Below the pieces are notes generated by a model. The model did no database searches. It had not been told where the DNA came from and was given only the letters and a program-made list of their open reading frames with translations. Below, piece after piece: positions 9,072-22,664 of a stretch of DNA of 32,700 nt. The stretch comes from Thraustochytrium aureum (lineage: Eukaryota), in the NCBI GenBank assembly GCA_012862495.1, contig BLSG01000086.1, positions 249,156 through 281,855 of the forward strand. Reading direction: 5' to 3'. The translations under genes were made by a program, and so were the position numbers. Each line of letters begins with the position of its first letter. Within the stretch, counting starts at the first letter, position 1.

Positions 9072-9740
9072 GGCTCTTCGGGCTCTGGCGCCAGTGCTCT
9101 CGCTCACCGCGCGTTGGCGCCAACAGCGACACGCGCCACACACACGAAATCCCCACTCAATGTCCGACGGCCTCTAGGCATCTCCCGTATGAACGGAAAC
9201 ATCCCTTACGAATGGAACCTACCGTTTTATACGGATCTTGGATCGCATTCCGGAAGGCGCGCGGGCGGCTCAGCTTCCGTGTTCTGCGCCACTCACTGCC
9301 TGCACGAGAGACAAGCCGCAGCATTCCCGAGAACGGCCGGGGTTTGGGGTCGAGCCTCTCGGCCCTGCGGCGAGGCCCACTGATGAACTTCGAAGCGCGC
9401 CCAGCTGATGGCGACACAGAATCTTGTACTATCATAGAGTACGATTGCCTCGGAGGACGGGAGCGCAGAGCTTGGCCCTTTTGACGTGCTGCTCATCAAA
9501 TCAGGCTGATGGCACGTCCGAGTCGCTCTGTCAATCAATCAAAACAGAAAGGTTGTTCATGGATGGATCTCGCAAGCCTCCGATCCGATCCACAACACTC
9601 CATCGCACAACAAGGACGCCCAGAGTCGGCAAACCCCGAACGCAAGCAACGCTGGCACATCGAGAGCCAAGAGCGAAGCAGGAACACCAAAGCGATACCT
9701 ACTCACGCTACTAGAGTAAGTAGAGAACGTGAAAGCGCAG

Positions 9741-10451
9741 ATGCGTGGCTGGAGATTGGCTAGGGCTGCGGCCCTCGCGAGGCAGCCATGGGCAGCGCAC
9801 CAAACCAAGCCCCTGGGCCGCTCCCTCAGCGCCTGGCGCGGGACCCCGGACATTGAAGACGAGTCGGACGCGGTCGAGTTTTCCAAGCAGCAAACAGGCA
9901 ACGCGCGCAGGTCGGATCAAGAGCTGGAGCTGGAGCACCGAGCCAACCAAGAAGCAAACCGACTGCGAACAACGCGGGGCTCCGACCCCGACGAGGCTGC
10001 CGCGCCGCGCTCCAAGCGCGTGCGAAACAAGGCCGGGCATCGCGCCGCCGGAGACGGGGACGTCTTCGACGTCGAAGACGAAGCTGACATGCTCGAGTTT
10101 GGCAAGGCGCACAACCACATTCCTCGCCAACCATCGCAAAAAGAACTCCGAATATCCGAGGAGGCAAACGCCAAAGCCAACGAAATACGACAGCGGTCTA
10201 ACCGCTCTGTGGGCAGCTGGCGAACGCGCAACCTCAAGCACGAAGAAGGCATTGGCAGTTCGCTTTTCGACGAGTCTGACTCTGTGGAAGCTGACAAGGC
10301 GCGAATGGCTGGGACCTGGACTGGTCGTGGCGCTCACCGCCGCCGCTCGGCTGGGCATTCGATGGCCAACCCACAGCTTGACGTGGAGGACGACTCGGAC
10401 GCGCTGGAGCTGAGCAAGTGGCGCCACAAGCATGGATTCTCCGCCGTGTAA
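9741..10451 (+). CDS. Hypothetical protein with mitochondrial-type presequence and internal acidic repeats
   Basis: Arg/Ala-rich, acid-free N-terminus MRGWRLARAAALARQPWAAHQTKPLGRSLS. Four D-x-E-D-[ED]-[SA]-D-x-x-E-x-x-K-like repeats. Confidence 0.72.
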   Translation: MRGWRLARAAALARQPWAAHQTKPLGRSLSAWRGTPDIEDESDAVEFSKQQTGNARRSDQELELEHRANQEANRLRTTRGSDPDEAAAPRSKRVRNKAGHRAAGDGDVFDVEDEADMLEFGKAHNHIPRQPSQKELRISEEANAKANEIRQRSNRSVGSWRTRNLKHEEGIGSSLFDESDSVEADKARMAGTWTGRGAHRRRSAGHSMANPQLDVEDDSDALELSKWRHKHGFSAV

Positions 10452-10797
10452 GCTAATTAGAAAAAACCAACAACATACCTGCTCTGGATTCGCTCCTTGG
10501 ATGATTGTCAGTGACGAAAGCCATCGCACGGCAGCCCGCCATCGTTTTGCGAGACGCCCTCAATCTCGTTCCTGTTCCTGCAACCAAGTCTGGTGCAGTG
10601 CAAACACGCGTCTGGTGCAGTGCCAGGTTCGCCACGGAACCGAAAAGCGTTGCGCAATGCAAGAATGCTCAGAGTCCATCAAAGGACGATGGCTAGCGAG
10701 AGGGGAATAGGGCCGGCCCGAAAGGGGGTCGACGCGTTGGCGAGCGCCCAACTGCATTCCAAAATGCTGTGCGCGAGAATAGATGCTGTGCGGTTTA

Positions 10798-12652
<1,855 letters not shown>

Positions 12653-13181
12653 GGTAGTCAGGTATAGCCTCAGAGCGAGCAAGGCTGGCGGCAAGCAGTG
12701 GCTCTTTCTGGCGTCGTTCCCAGCTGCGGCTCCTTGGTCGTTGTCAGCCTGGTGCGCGCGGAAAGTGTTGCGGGTTTGGGTCCGTGGGTTGGCTTTCCTG
12801 ATCGTGTCGTCCCAGGNNNNNNNNNNNNNNNNNNNNNNNNNNNNNNNNNNNNNNNNNNNNNNNNNNNNNNNNNNNNNNNNNNNNNNNNNNNNNNNNNNNN
12901 NNNNNNNNNNNNNNNNNNNNNNNNNNNNNNNNNNNNNNNNNNNNNNNNNNNNNNNNNNNNNNNNNNNNNNNNNNNNNNNNNNNNNNNNNNNNNNNNNNTC
13001 GCTGCGACGACGCCAACAATCTTTGTACTTTCGTTACTCGAAACGAGGAACAAGCTGTGCCGTCGGCGAGTTGAGATCGCATGGCACTCAACTCCACAGT
13101 ACTTATGAGTACTCGACTAAACTCGACTCTACCCACAAGCGTTGTCGACGGAGGGCCACCGGCACTCCAAGCCCAGCTCGC

Positions 13182-13660
13182 TCAACTCTCGAGGTAGAAA
13201 AGAACGAAGAGCGCCAGCGTTCCATGTTCTCCCCCGAGCCGCGTCCCGAGCAAACCCCACACAGCACAAAAAGCAGGCAGGCTGGCCGAACGTCGCGACC
13301 CGCCGAGCTCCTCCGACTCGCGCAGTACCGGCGCTTGTTCGCTTCCGACTCGCTGTGCTGGTGCAGCAAACGGATCTGAAGGACTTGCGAGGGTCCTCGA
13401 TGTCTGCCGCGCTCTGCGCCGCGCGAGTTCCGTTCCGGTTTCGTTCTGCATTCGGACCATGGGTGGTGATTTCTCGCACTCCGAGTCGGTAAGAGAAGGT
13501 ACTCGTGCAGAACAAACTGCGCGGAGGGTCTCAAGAGCCGCCGCGTCTCTCGACTCGGACCTTTCATCATTCTCCAGCTTTTCCAGCGCAGCTGGCTGGC
13601 TCCTTGCTGCAGCTGGGCCAGCCGCGACGCCGACCTGCGCGGTGGCACGTCCACGTCCAT
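13182..13660 (-). CDS. Possible short hypothetical gene; structure uncertain
   Basis: Protein-like stretches in two frames (MDVDVPPRR..; ALEKLENDERSESRDAAALETLRAVCS..). No recognisable motif. Confidence 0.2.
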
Positions 13661-14108
13661 GCCCCGCACGGCCGCACGTGCGTTGGTCGAGACCTCGATC
13701 AGCCAGGTGGTCGAAGCTGGCCGACAGAAAAAAAAGCCACGTCAAAAGCACCGAAATTGGGCGCGATAAACCTGTGCGGAGGCGGGCAGACCCAATTGAT
13801 TGAGCGGTTCGGCGCGCGGAGAGCACTGCGCTGCTGCGCTGAGGGGCCGTCTCTGCGCGCAGCGGGCGCAGGGCAAGGACAACGCACGCGCGCGTGTGCC
13901 TGCCTGCCGGCCTTGCCTGCCGCCCGTGGGCTGGAGAACGCGCCATGTGACGACCTGACTTGTCTGTCTCCTCGCGCGAGGGCGGAGAGCCGAGGCCGGC
14001 TACCGCGCCGATAGGCCAGCACTGGCAGAGGCGCCCAGCGCTGGGCAAGCCGTGGAGAGGGGAGCGAGCGAGCGAGCTGCGGGGAGGCGCGTCTGGCGAT
14101 CGCCTGCG

Positions 14109-17100
14109 ATGCACGCGGAAGAGGTGGCCGGCGGGGAGTCGGTCCTGGCGCGAAAGGCGCTAAAGGTATGCGTGGACCGGGCATGCCTGTTGTTGGTCGG
14201 CGGGCTGCTGCTGGTGGTACTCGTGTGGGCGCCGTTTTATGCCCTCACCCCTGTCTTGCCAATCGTCGTGGAGACCGACTTTGAATCGTACCTGCGCAGC
14301 GACGAGGCCGCCTTCGTAGAGTACGACGACGTGCAAAGCATCCTGGACGAGTTCGCGTTCAACACCTCTAAACCACCTCCCGATCTACCAGGGGGGCTTG
14401 CGCGGAGGCTGCAATCGTCAGAGGGCCAGAGCACCCCGAGACAGTCCATCGCGGAGGGGCTCGAGGTGATCACTTTTGCGGAGAAGACTGCGAGACAATC
14501 TACACGCCTCCTCGGCTCGAAGTGATCAAGGCATTTGAGCGCAAGTTTGAGAAGGAGGTCTTCAACGACAACTGCTTTATCCAGCGCGAATCGGGAGCCT
14601 GCCGCGAGCCCGAGTCTGTGCTCAACTTTTTCTACCCGAGCATCATGCCGGGCGGCGGTGGCCTCCTCTATGACGGGAATGGCGACACGCTCGTTGACAT
14701 CGATTCGGCGCTTCGCGTGATCGAGTCCACCGGGCAGCTGTGGTACGTATCGCGGCAGTACTTGGCATCGCAAAGCTTGACGCCGGTGACACGCTCGAGA
14801 TTCGTCTTCGGGCACACGTCAAACGACGAGTTTGACGCCCTGGCGCGTGGTCCCCTTCTCGACTTTTTGGAGAGCAACCAAGAGCTTGAGGAGGGCATCC
14901 GCGTGATGTGGTACAACCCGAGGGTGAATGCGCTCGAAGTGGAGCGGGCCATCTTTCAAGACTTGCGATTTGCCATTGCGTCTGTCGTTTTCGTGTTTTC
15001 TGTCATGTGGTATCACTCGGGGTCGCTTTTCTTGACGACCGTGGCGGTGCTCTGCATCATGCTGGCGTACCCAGCGACTTACGTGATCTATCGCCTGGTG
15101 CTGGGCAATACGGTCATGATGGTCTTCAACTTTACGAGCGTTTTTGTGCTCGTCGGCCTAGGTGCCGATGACTTCTTCATCTTCACAGACCTGTGGTCGC
15201 AGAGTCGCAGGCTCCCGAGCGCGTCTCTCGAGGACCGCCTCGGCTGGACCTTTCGCAAGGCCGCTGGCGCCACGCTCGTAACCTCTGTCACGACCTCGGT
15301 GAGCTTTCTGGCGAACCTGGCGAGCCCGATCGGGCCAATCAAGGCGTTTGGAAGCTTTATGGGCGTCATCGTTATTGTGCTCTACATCCACGTGATCATG
15401 CTGCTCCCCCCAGCGCTCATCGTTTACGAGCGCTACTTTCACAATTTGGCTCGCGCCCTGCCTTGCCGAGGGCCAAGCTGTTTGCGTGGTCCCGCTGGCG
15501 GAGCGACTGCCACGACTCCGGGTGGCCGCAGCAAGCCGTCCTCACCGAAGCCGTCTTCACCGATGCGCTCTCCCTCTGAAAAGCCATTTGTGGCTTCGTC
15601 GCTGAGCCGCGCGACGACGTCGACCAAGGCAACAGAAGAGGCCTTTTACTACGACGACCATGCGGACGCCGTGATCGATGACGGCGCCGTCCAAGTTCAA
15701 GTGGCCAGCTCCGCCGCGCCTACGCGCTCCTTTTCTTCGGCAAAGATGGCCTCTGTCGCTGGGTCCGTCCGCATCGCGCTCTCTCGCACGTTTTCGTCTC
15801 AGGGGGCAGGTGTTGGGGCCACGGAGAACGCTGGTGTGGACGACGGGTCGATGGAGACGTACCGATTTCTCGTGCGGTTCTTCCACGACAGGATTGCACC
15901 GTTTGTCTACCGCTTTCGCCACGCGCTGGTGTTTTGTGTCCTGGCCGTCACAATCGGCCTTGCGACGGCCACCGGAAGCAGCATCAGAGTTGCTGATGAG
16001 GTCCCGCGCATATTTTCCGAGGACACCAACCTTGGCTTGATGCAATCGCTTCGCAAGGACTATTTTCTGGACTCGATCAAGCTTCCAAACTCGGCGCCAG
16101 AGATCCCCAATCTGCCGTTTTGCACTTCGGAGTCAGGCGCTATCATCGCCTGCACGGGTGCCCCAACTGTGTCCCCGACAACATTCGATTCGGTTACTCC
16201 GCGACCTACGCGCGCCCCCATTGTGGCCACGATGCGCCCAACCGGAAATCCCACCGCGCAAACGCTCGCCCCAACCGTGCCTGTCGTCCTGACGATGCAG
16301 CCGACGGCGTCGCCGGTGAGGACGCCCACGTTTGCGCCTGTGACGCCCAACCCGACCTCCCAGCAAGTGCAGGCGTTGGGACCGGTACTCATGTTAACAG
16401 GGCTTCGCTGGTCGCCTTTACGGCGCGGTTGCAGGACGTCGCGAGGATCGACGGGTACCTCGACTCGCAGGGCTCGGTGGTGGTTGCGCCCAGCTCGCTC
16501 TGCAGTCCGCTGGCGCAGTTCAGCCTCCCTCGCGGTTCGTGCTGGCGCCGCCAGACGCTGCGTGTTCGTTCGCAAGCAAACTCGCCAACGCGCGCGCGGC
16601 GTACCCGGGCTTGGAAGTGCTCTTTGCGCAGGACAGCGTCCTGCCCCCGGCCCAAAATCCAACGCCAACGAAACCGCTTGTTCTCGCNNNNNNNNNNNNN
16701 NNNNNNNNNNNNNNNNNNNNNNNNNNNNNNNNNNNNNNNNNNNNNNNNNNNNNNNNNNNNNNNNNNNNNNNNNNNNNNNNNNNNNNNNNNNNNNNNNNNN
16801 NNNNNNNNNNNNNNNNNNNNNNNNNNNNNNNNNNNNNNNNNNNNNNNNNNNNNNNNNNNNNNNNNNNNNNNNNNNNNNNNNNNNNNNNNNNNNNNNNNNN
16901 NNNNNNNNNNNNNNNNNNNNNNNNNNNNNNNNNNNNNNNNNNNNNNNNNNNNNNNNNNNNNNNNNNNNNNNNNNNNNNNNNNNNNGGGTGCGTCGGCGAT
17001 TCAAAGCGCGACTCGCGTCACGATTGGCCGGCCGATGGTTGTCAAAGTGCAGGTGGACCAGAACTCGGGGCGGCGGCGCCTCGACTCGGTCGACGAGATT

Positions 17101-18894
17101 TTTGGCAGCGTGGTTCCCGATCTTGCGCTTGTAATTGCCGACGACGACAATGCGCCTACCTCCGTCACCATTATCATTCCGAACTACGACTTGGACGACG
17201 CCAACTCGCTCGCAGGAACGCTCGAGGCCGACTCGAGGATCATAGGTGCCAGCGTGGAAGCCGCGAAGCCGGTCACCCGCGCGCCGACGCGCGCGCCGAC
17301 GCCAAAGCCGACCGATGCGCCAGTGACCGTGCCGGTCGCGTCGCCCACCTCCTCGCCCTCGATGGCGCCGACGTCATTCGCCTTGCTTTCGCTCGTGGTT
17401 GCGGAACGTGGAGGTCTGACGCTGTTCGAGCTCGAGCCAGCGTTTAGCCCGAGCGTGTTCAACTACAGCGTCGACACGGGTGAGCTCGGCCCTGACGATC
17501 TCGATTTCGTCGGGTTCGCCCTCGACAAGCAAAGCCGAGTAAACGTGACCGTTGTGGACCCCTTCACAGTCGTCGTATCCGTGGCGAATGCGCCGGTTGA
17601 GCAGCACTACGTTCTGACGTTGGACTACGTGCCCCCCATCGTCTGCGAGTGCAACAAGCGCGGCGAGTGCGCCCCTGAGGCGACGAAGGAGAACCCGGTG
17701 TGCAGGTGCTACCTGGGCTGGACCGTGGAGTCGCAGTGCTCCGAGGTTGACCCGAAGTTTTCGCAGCTGTCCGATCAAGATGTCGCTTCGGTGCGGGTAT
17801 CATGGATCAGGAGGCGCGGCTTTGATGACTTTGTTGGGCTCCAGGTCCCTGTCGTGGAGCTCTGCGATGAAATTGACGCGATGAGCCGCACGTTTGACCA
17901 GGCCGACAATCCGCTTTCCGTGCGGCGGGTATCTTCGTGCGCGTTTCGCGAGATCCGGGACACGTTCAACGGAACCACGGTCGACGGGTACACGATCACC
18001 TTTCCAATCCTGCTCCCAGAGGGCATGTTTGCAGACATGCTTCGCTTTTATGTCGGTGTTTTGGACCCGCGATCAAGGAGCAACATACTGTTCAATGACG
18101 ATGGGGGGCTAGAGATGGTCTCGATCATCGTGCTGACCAACATGGACATTCTTGCTGGGGCCACCGAAGCCGACGCGCTGTATCAGCAGTGGGAGGCTTT
18201 CATCAAGGCAAAAGACCCCCGCCTCGTCCAGTCGAGCTTTCTTTGGGCCCGCACGCAAACCGAGCTTGCCATCGTGCGCGGCACGACCGAAAGCGCGGTC
18301 ATCTCGGTGAGCTGCGCGCTTTTGGCTATCTTTATCTTCACAAAGGGCAACGTCTTGGTCACGTTCGTGACCACGCTGGCCATCCTTTGCGTCGTGGGGC
18401 TGCTCCTCGGCACGATGATTGTGGTGATGGCGCGCCCCTTCGGCGCGGTCGAGGCCCTCAGCATTATCGTGTTCCTCGGCTTGGCCGTGGACTTTTCGAC
18501 GCACCTCGCGCACACGTTTTCGCACTCCCAGCGCAAGACCCTTCTGGGGCGCGCGCAGCACGCGCTTGGCCAAACCGGGCCTTCCATTTTCTTTGGCGCT
18601 CTGACCACGGCGGGGGCCTCGCTGATGCTCGTTTTCACCAAGATAGAGCTGTTCGCGGACTTTGGCGTGATCCTGGCCATCAACACGGCGCTCTCGCTCT
18701 TCGTCGCCGTGTTCTTTCTTATCCCTGCGCTGGTTCTGGCCTACGCGGCGTGGAATGCGATTTCGAACCGATTCGGGATTGAGGCGTCTGTCGCGCGGTT
18801 TGAGGCCTCTGCCGGGGGCTGTCGGGACAGGACTGCTGAGAAGATCCGCAGCACTTTGTCAAGATCGGACGCCAACGAGGTGGATCGGGTTTGA
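14109..18894 (+). CDS. Dispatched/Patched-family (RND, sterol-sensing domain) 12-TM protein with greatly expanded second extracellular loop; frameshifts and gap
   Basis: TM1 near 14180-14245; SSD with VLVGLGADDFFIF and ATLVTSVTTSVSFLAN; second TM set with FLGLAVDFSTHLAH and GPSIFFGALTT. Frame switches at TTTT 14474-14477, ~16360-16400 and ~16490; gap 16688-16985. Confidence 0.9.
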
Positions 18895-19142
18895 TTCGGC
18901 CCGGCGGTCGCCAGCGGTGGTTGTGCCTCGCCCGTCGGGGTGCTCTCGACAGCAACCCACCCTCTTTTTTCGTCGCTCCAGCTGAGACCCCCTGCAGCAA
19001 TAGTTCTGGGCGGTGTACGCCCGGCCGCCCACCCCAGCAAGCTTGCTAGCCTGCCGGCGGTGGGGCATGCAACTGATTCATTGTAGTAGAACTGTCATAC
19101 AAAACATGATTTTATGTGTCACCACCAGCCTCGAGGGCCTCC

Positions 19143-19616
19143 TCATTCGTCAGCAGATTCGGCGCCAGTCGCCGCCGCAGCGGAGCTGGCACCCTCGACG
19201 CGCTTCTTAAACGCACGGTTCACCGCGTTGTACGTCCCTGACACGTTCGAGAAGAGCGGAAACAGAGCGAACGGAATAGCTCCGGAAAAGTCCTCGCCAT
19301 GCTCGAGACGGGTGCGGCCGTCGTCCAGCGCCGTCAAGCGAAGAAAGTGGTCGCCCTCAAAGAGACAGCCCATGCCCCCGCCCCAACGCAAGGTATGCGT
19401 TTCTTCGTCCACTTCTCGCACCGTCATTCCCAGGGCGCGCCAAGACGACCCGCCCAGTTTCAGAAGCAGCGTCCCTGCAGTGTCGGCCACTGGCTCCGTG
19501 TCGCGAAAGCCAATAGCATTGTTCCACTCGGTCCAGCGGTCCAGGTCGATCAGGACTTTCCACGCCGCCTGCACGGGCACGTCCACCTCGATTTCGGTCC
19601 GCACGCTCACCGTCAT
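19143..19616 (-). CDS. SRPBCC / polyketide cyclase-dehydrase and lipid transport (START-like) protein
   Basis: TEIEVDVPVQAAWKVLIDLDRWTEWN, LRWGG, FEGDHFLRL, GRTRLEHGEDFSG and NRAFKKRVE match the Polyketide_cyc2 pattern. Confidence 0.9.
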   Translation of the reverse strand: MTVSVRTEIEVDVPVQAAWKVLIDLDRWTEWNNAIGFRDTEPVADTAGTLLLKLGGSSWRALGMTVREVDEETHTLRWGGGMGCLFEGDHFLRLTALDDGRTRLEHGEDFSGAIPFALFPLFSNVSGTYNAVNRAFKKRVEGASSAAAATGAESADE

Positions 19617-20435
19617 GCTTGCCGTCTGCACTGCACTTGCTCGAGCTCGGCGTCGCCCCGTCCGCACGCCACTGCACCAAGCGCTGACTTCAACCTGGCC
19701 GCCGTTCGGTCTTTGCTGCCGATGTCGTCAGAGTATCGCAATGCGCGAGAGCCTCGGAAGCGCTGGCTCAGCTAAGTACTTCGGCGCTGGCGCGCATCGA
19801 CCCGAAAAGTGCCTCATCGCTTGCCTCACCAACGCGATCGCGCGAATGAATTGTCCTCGCGCTCGCGCGTCACAGGACACGTCCCTGAGACGCGACCGTG
19901 CGGGCTATCGCGCGAGCGCACTGACGCCGCGTCTGCCGAGACGCAGGAGGCGCTGAGGTGACGTGCACTTGACGCCGCGGGCCATGCAGCCCCGTCACAG
20001 CGCTCCGCCGGGGAAACCCCTTTCGTCTGGCAGCGCACGTGCCAAGCCAACCTCGTCAAAGCGCTCCTGGCACGCGCGGGACGGACTGCCCGGCCCGCCT
20101 CTGGTTTCTGGTTGCCGCGCTCTGCTGAGCTAGCTGGAGTTGACGCTCTCTGGATGCGGAGACAAGCTGCGACAGAGCAGACGACCTCTGGCAGAACACT
20201 TGCCTCGCGCCGGTTCGCATTCCGCCTCTCCAGGCGCAGGTTTGCCCGAGTAGGCGGGCGGGCACACGCTTGCAGTCCACTTTGCTCGACAGAGCTGAGC
20301 GAGTAGGTACGAGTACCTCTTGTGCGCGAGCAAGAGCAGCAAGTGCAGACAGAACATACCCATTACCGCGACGAGGTCCGGCGAGCCAAGCGCGAAAGAC
20401 GGTCTACAACCAGGCAGGGCAGAGAAGCAGCGAGG

Positions 20436-21143
20436 ATGAAGGGACTCGTGGCGGTTGCTGCGGCCTGCGCAGCTGTGCACGGCGCGCACGCCGCAGGACT
20501 GCTCAAGGCGAAGCCGTGCGTCGGAGACCGCACGGTTTTCCTGGAGGAAGGCGTCTGCTACGAACAGAGTGGCGTGACGTTTCGCGCGGACTGCTCGTCC
20601 GAAGAGCTGCTCAATGTTGTGCCGGCCGAAAGCATCACGGCGCCAATCGTCACAGGCGAGGGCCTCACGGCGTGCAACGCTGCTGCGACGACCGAAGGGT
20701 TCAAGGCTGGCACATGCGCCAAGAATGCGCTCGTTGCTGCGGCCTGCGAGTACCCGACCTCGTACGGCCGCATTCGGTTTTTCAACTCGACAGACGGCAC
20801 CTGCAGTGAGCCCCTGGACTTGGTTGGGGGCGCCGGGTTTTTGTATGCGCCATCGGGGACATGCGTTGGCACTGGCACGGGGGGCTATATTCTTGCGACG
20901 TGCGACAGCTCCGGTGCCGCAACGCTCAAGCTCTTTGGCAGTAGCGACTGCAAAGGTGCCACGACTGTGGACGAATCGTTCAACTGGAAGACGGGCAGCT
21001 GCATCACCACAGGAGTTACGGATGTCTCGTTGGACTGCGGCTTTTCCAAGAAGCCGGAGGATGACAGCAAGGATTCCGCGGCGAGCTCGGCTGCTGCCCC
21101 GCTTGCTGCGGCTGTGATCGCAATGGCCGTCGCTGCGTTGTGA
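20436..21143 (+). CDS. Secreted Cys-rich, probably GPI-anchored surface protein
   Basis: Signal peptide MKGLVAVAAACAAVHGAHA, 12 Cys in the mature part, and C-terminal DSAASS plus hydrophobic tail with no cytosolic residues. Confidence 0.82.
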   Translation: MKGLVAVAAACAAVHGAHAAGLLKAKPCVGDRTVFLEEGVCYEQSGVTFRADCSSEELLNVVPAESITAPIVTGEGLTACNAAATTEGFKAGTCAKNALVAAACEYPTSYGRIRFFNSTDGTCSEPLDLVGGAGFLYAPSGTCVGTGTGGYILATCDSSGAATLKLFGSSDCKGATTVDESFNWKTGSCITTGVTDVSLDCGFSKKPEDDSKDSAASSAAAPLAAAVIAMAVAAL

Positions 21144-22446
21144 TTTTGCGGCTTTCCTGCCATTTTGGTTCGGCTTGAGAACCGAGTCTTCAGGAACTCG
21201 AGCACTACCTACTCTAGTAGAGCACTTGTCAAACCAAACCCAACCCAATCAGTACGTGGATTTTTCCGTTCTTGGATGGAAGGCTAGCGAGGGGCCGGGT
21301 TCACACGGAGCGCCCAAGCGAAGCTTTGGAAGACCTGCTTGTCCGCCACGTGGCCGCGCCGGCGCGTGCCCGACGGGGCTAGCTGGTTCGTAGCTTGGCG
21401 GCCTTCTTGCGGACTCCCTGCCTCGCAAAGTACAGCGTGCGTCCGTGCGCAGGGCTTGGGCGAAAGCCCTCTGCAGCGCGCGCCGCAATTGCAAGCCGCG
21501 CTGCTTCGAAGCGAGCCCGGCGGCCTTTGGCCTCNNNNNNNNNNNNNNNNNNNNNNNNNNNNNNNNNNNNNNNNNNNNNNNNNNNNNNNNNNNNNNNNNN
21601 NNNNNNNNNNNNNNNNNNNNNNNNNNNNNNNNNNNNNNNNNNNNNNNNNNNNNNNNNNNNNNNNNNNNNNNNNNNNNNNNNNNNNNNNNNNNNNNNNNNN
21701 NNNNNNNNNNNNNNNNNNNNNNNNNNNNNNNNNNNNNNNNNNNNNNNNNNNNNNNNNNNNNNNNNNNNNNNNNNNNNNNNNNNNNNNNNNNNNNNNNNNN
21801 NNNNNNNNNNNNNNNNNNNNNNNNNNNNNNNNNNNNNNNNNNNNNNNNNNNNNNNNNNNNNNNNNNNNNNNNNNNNNNNNNNNNNNNNNNNNNNNNNNNN
21901 NNNNNNNNNNNNNNNNNNNNNNNNNNNNNNNNNNNNNNNNNNNNNNNNNNNNNNNNNNNNNNNNNNNNNNNNNNNNNNNNNNNNNNNNNNNNNNNNNNNN
22001 NNNNNNNNNNNNNNNNNNNNNNNNNNNNNNNNNNNNNNNNNNNNNNNNNNNNNNNNNNNNNNNNNNNNNNNNNNNNNNNNNNNNNNNNNNNNNNNNNNNN
22101 NNNNNNNNNNNNNNNNNNNNNNNNNNNNNNNNNNNNNNNNNNNNNNNNNNNNNNNNNNNNNNNNNNNNNNNNNNNNNNNNNNNNNNNNNNNNNNNNNNNN
22201 NNNNNNNNNNNNNNNNNNNNNNNNNNNNNNNNNNNNNNNNNNNNNNNNNNNNNNNNNNNNNNNNNNNNNNNNNNNNNNNNNNNNNNNNNNNNNNNNNNNN
22301 NNNNNNNNNNNNNNNNNNNNNNNNNNNNNNNNNNNNNNNNNNNNNNNNNNNNNNNNNNNNNNNNNNNNNNNNNNNNNNNNNNNNNNNNNNNNNNNNNNNN
22401 NNNNNNNNNNNNNNNNNNNNNNNNNNNNNNNNNNNNNNNNNNNNNN

Positions 22447-22664
22447 GATCGGTTTTGGGTGAGGTTGAGATCGGTTAGGGGTGAGGTTGAGATCAGTTTA
22501 GGGTGAGGTTGAGATTGGTTAAGCGTGAGGTTGAGATCGGTTAGGGATGAGGTTGAGATCGGTTGAAATCGGTTGAGATCGGTTGAAATCGGTTGAAATC
22601 GGTTGAAATCGGTTGAAATCGGTTGAAATCGGTTGAAATCGGTTGAAATCGGTTGAAATCGGTT
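22447..22664 (+). repeat. Two-tier satellite: 22-bp units (GAGGTTGAGATCGGTTAGGGGT) followed by 11 x 10-bp units (GGTTGARATC)
   Basis: 22-mers at 22461, 22483, 22505 and 22527; 10-mers at 22551-22660. It abuts the gap 21535-22446. Confidence 0.96.

Noticed and set aside
9376..9513. Box C/D snoRNA candidate (CTGATGA ... CTGA)
   Set aside because: Terminal stem is only about 3 bp and I could not identify an rRNA-complementary guide.
9716..9740. GTAAGT...GCAG directly before ATG 9741 as an intron
   Set aside because: Only 25 nt with no branch motif; implausibly short compared with the 78-nt intron seen nearby.
10588..10623. GTCTGGTGCAGTGC duplicated at 22-bp spacing
   Set aside because: Two-copy local duplication with no further structure.
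21339..22506. Long ORFs spanning N-runs (also 31017-32249 and 1171-2172)
   Set aside because: Artefacts of translating gaps as X.
22447..22560. True telomere or chromosome end
   Set aside because: TTAGGG-like motifs are isolated within 22-bp units, not tandem, and genes continue on both sides.
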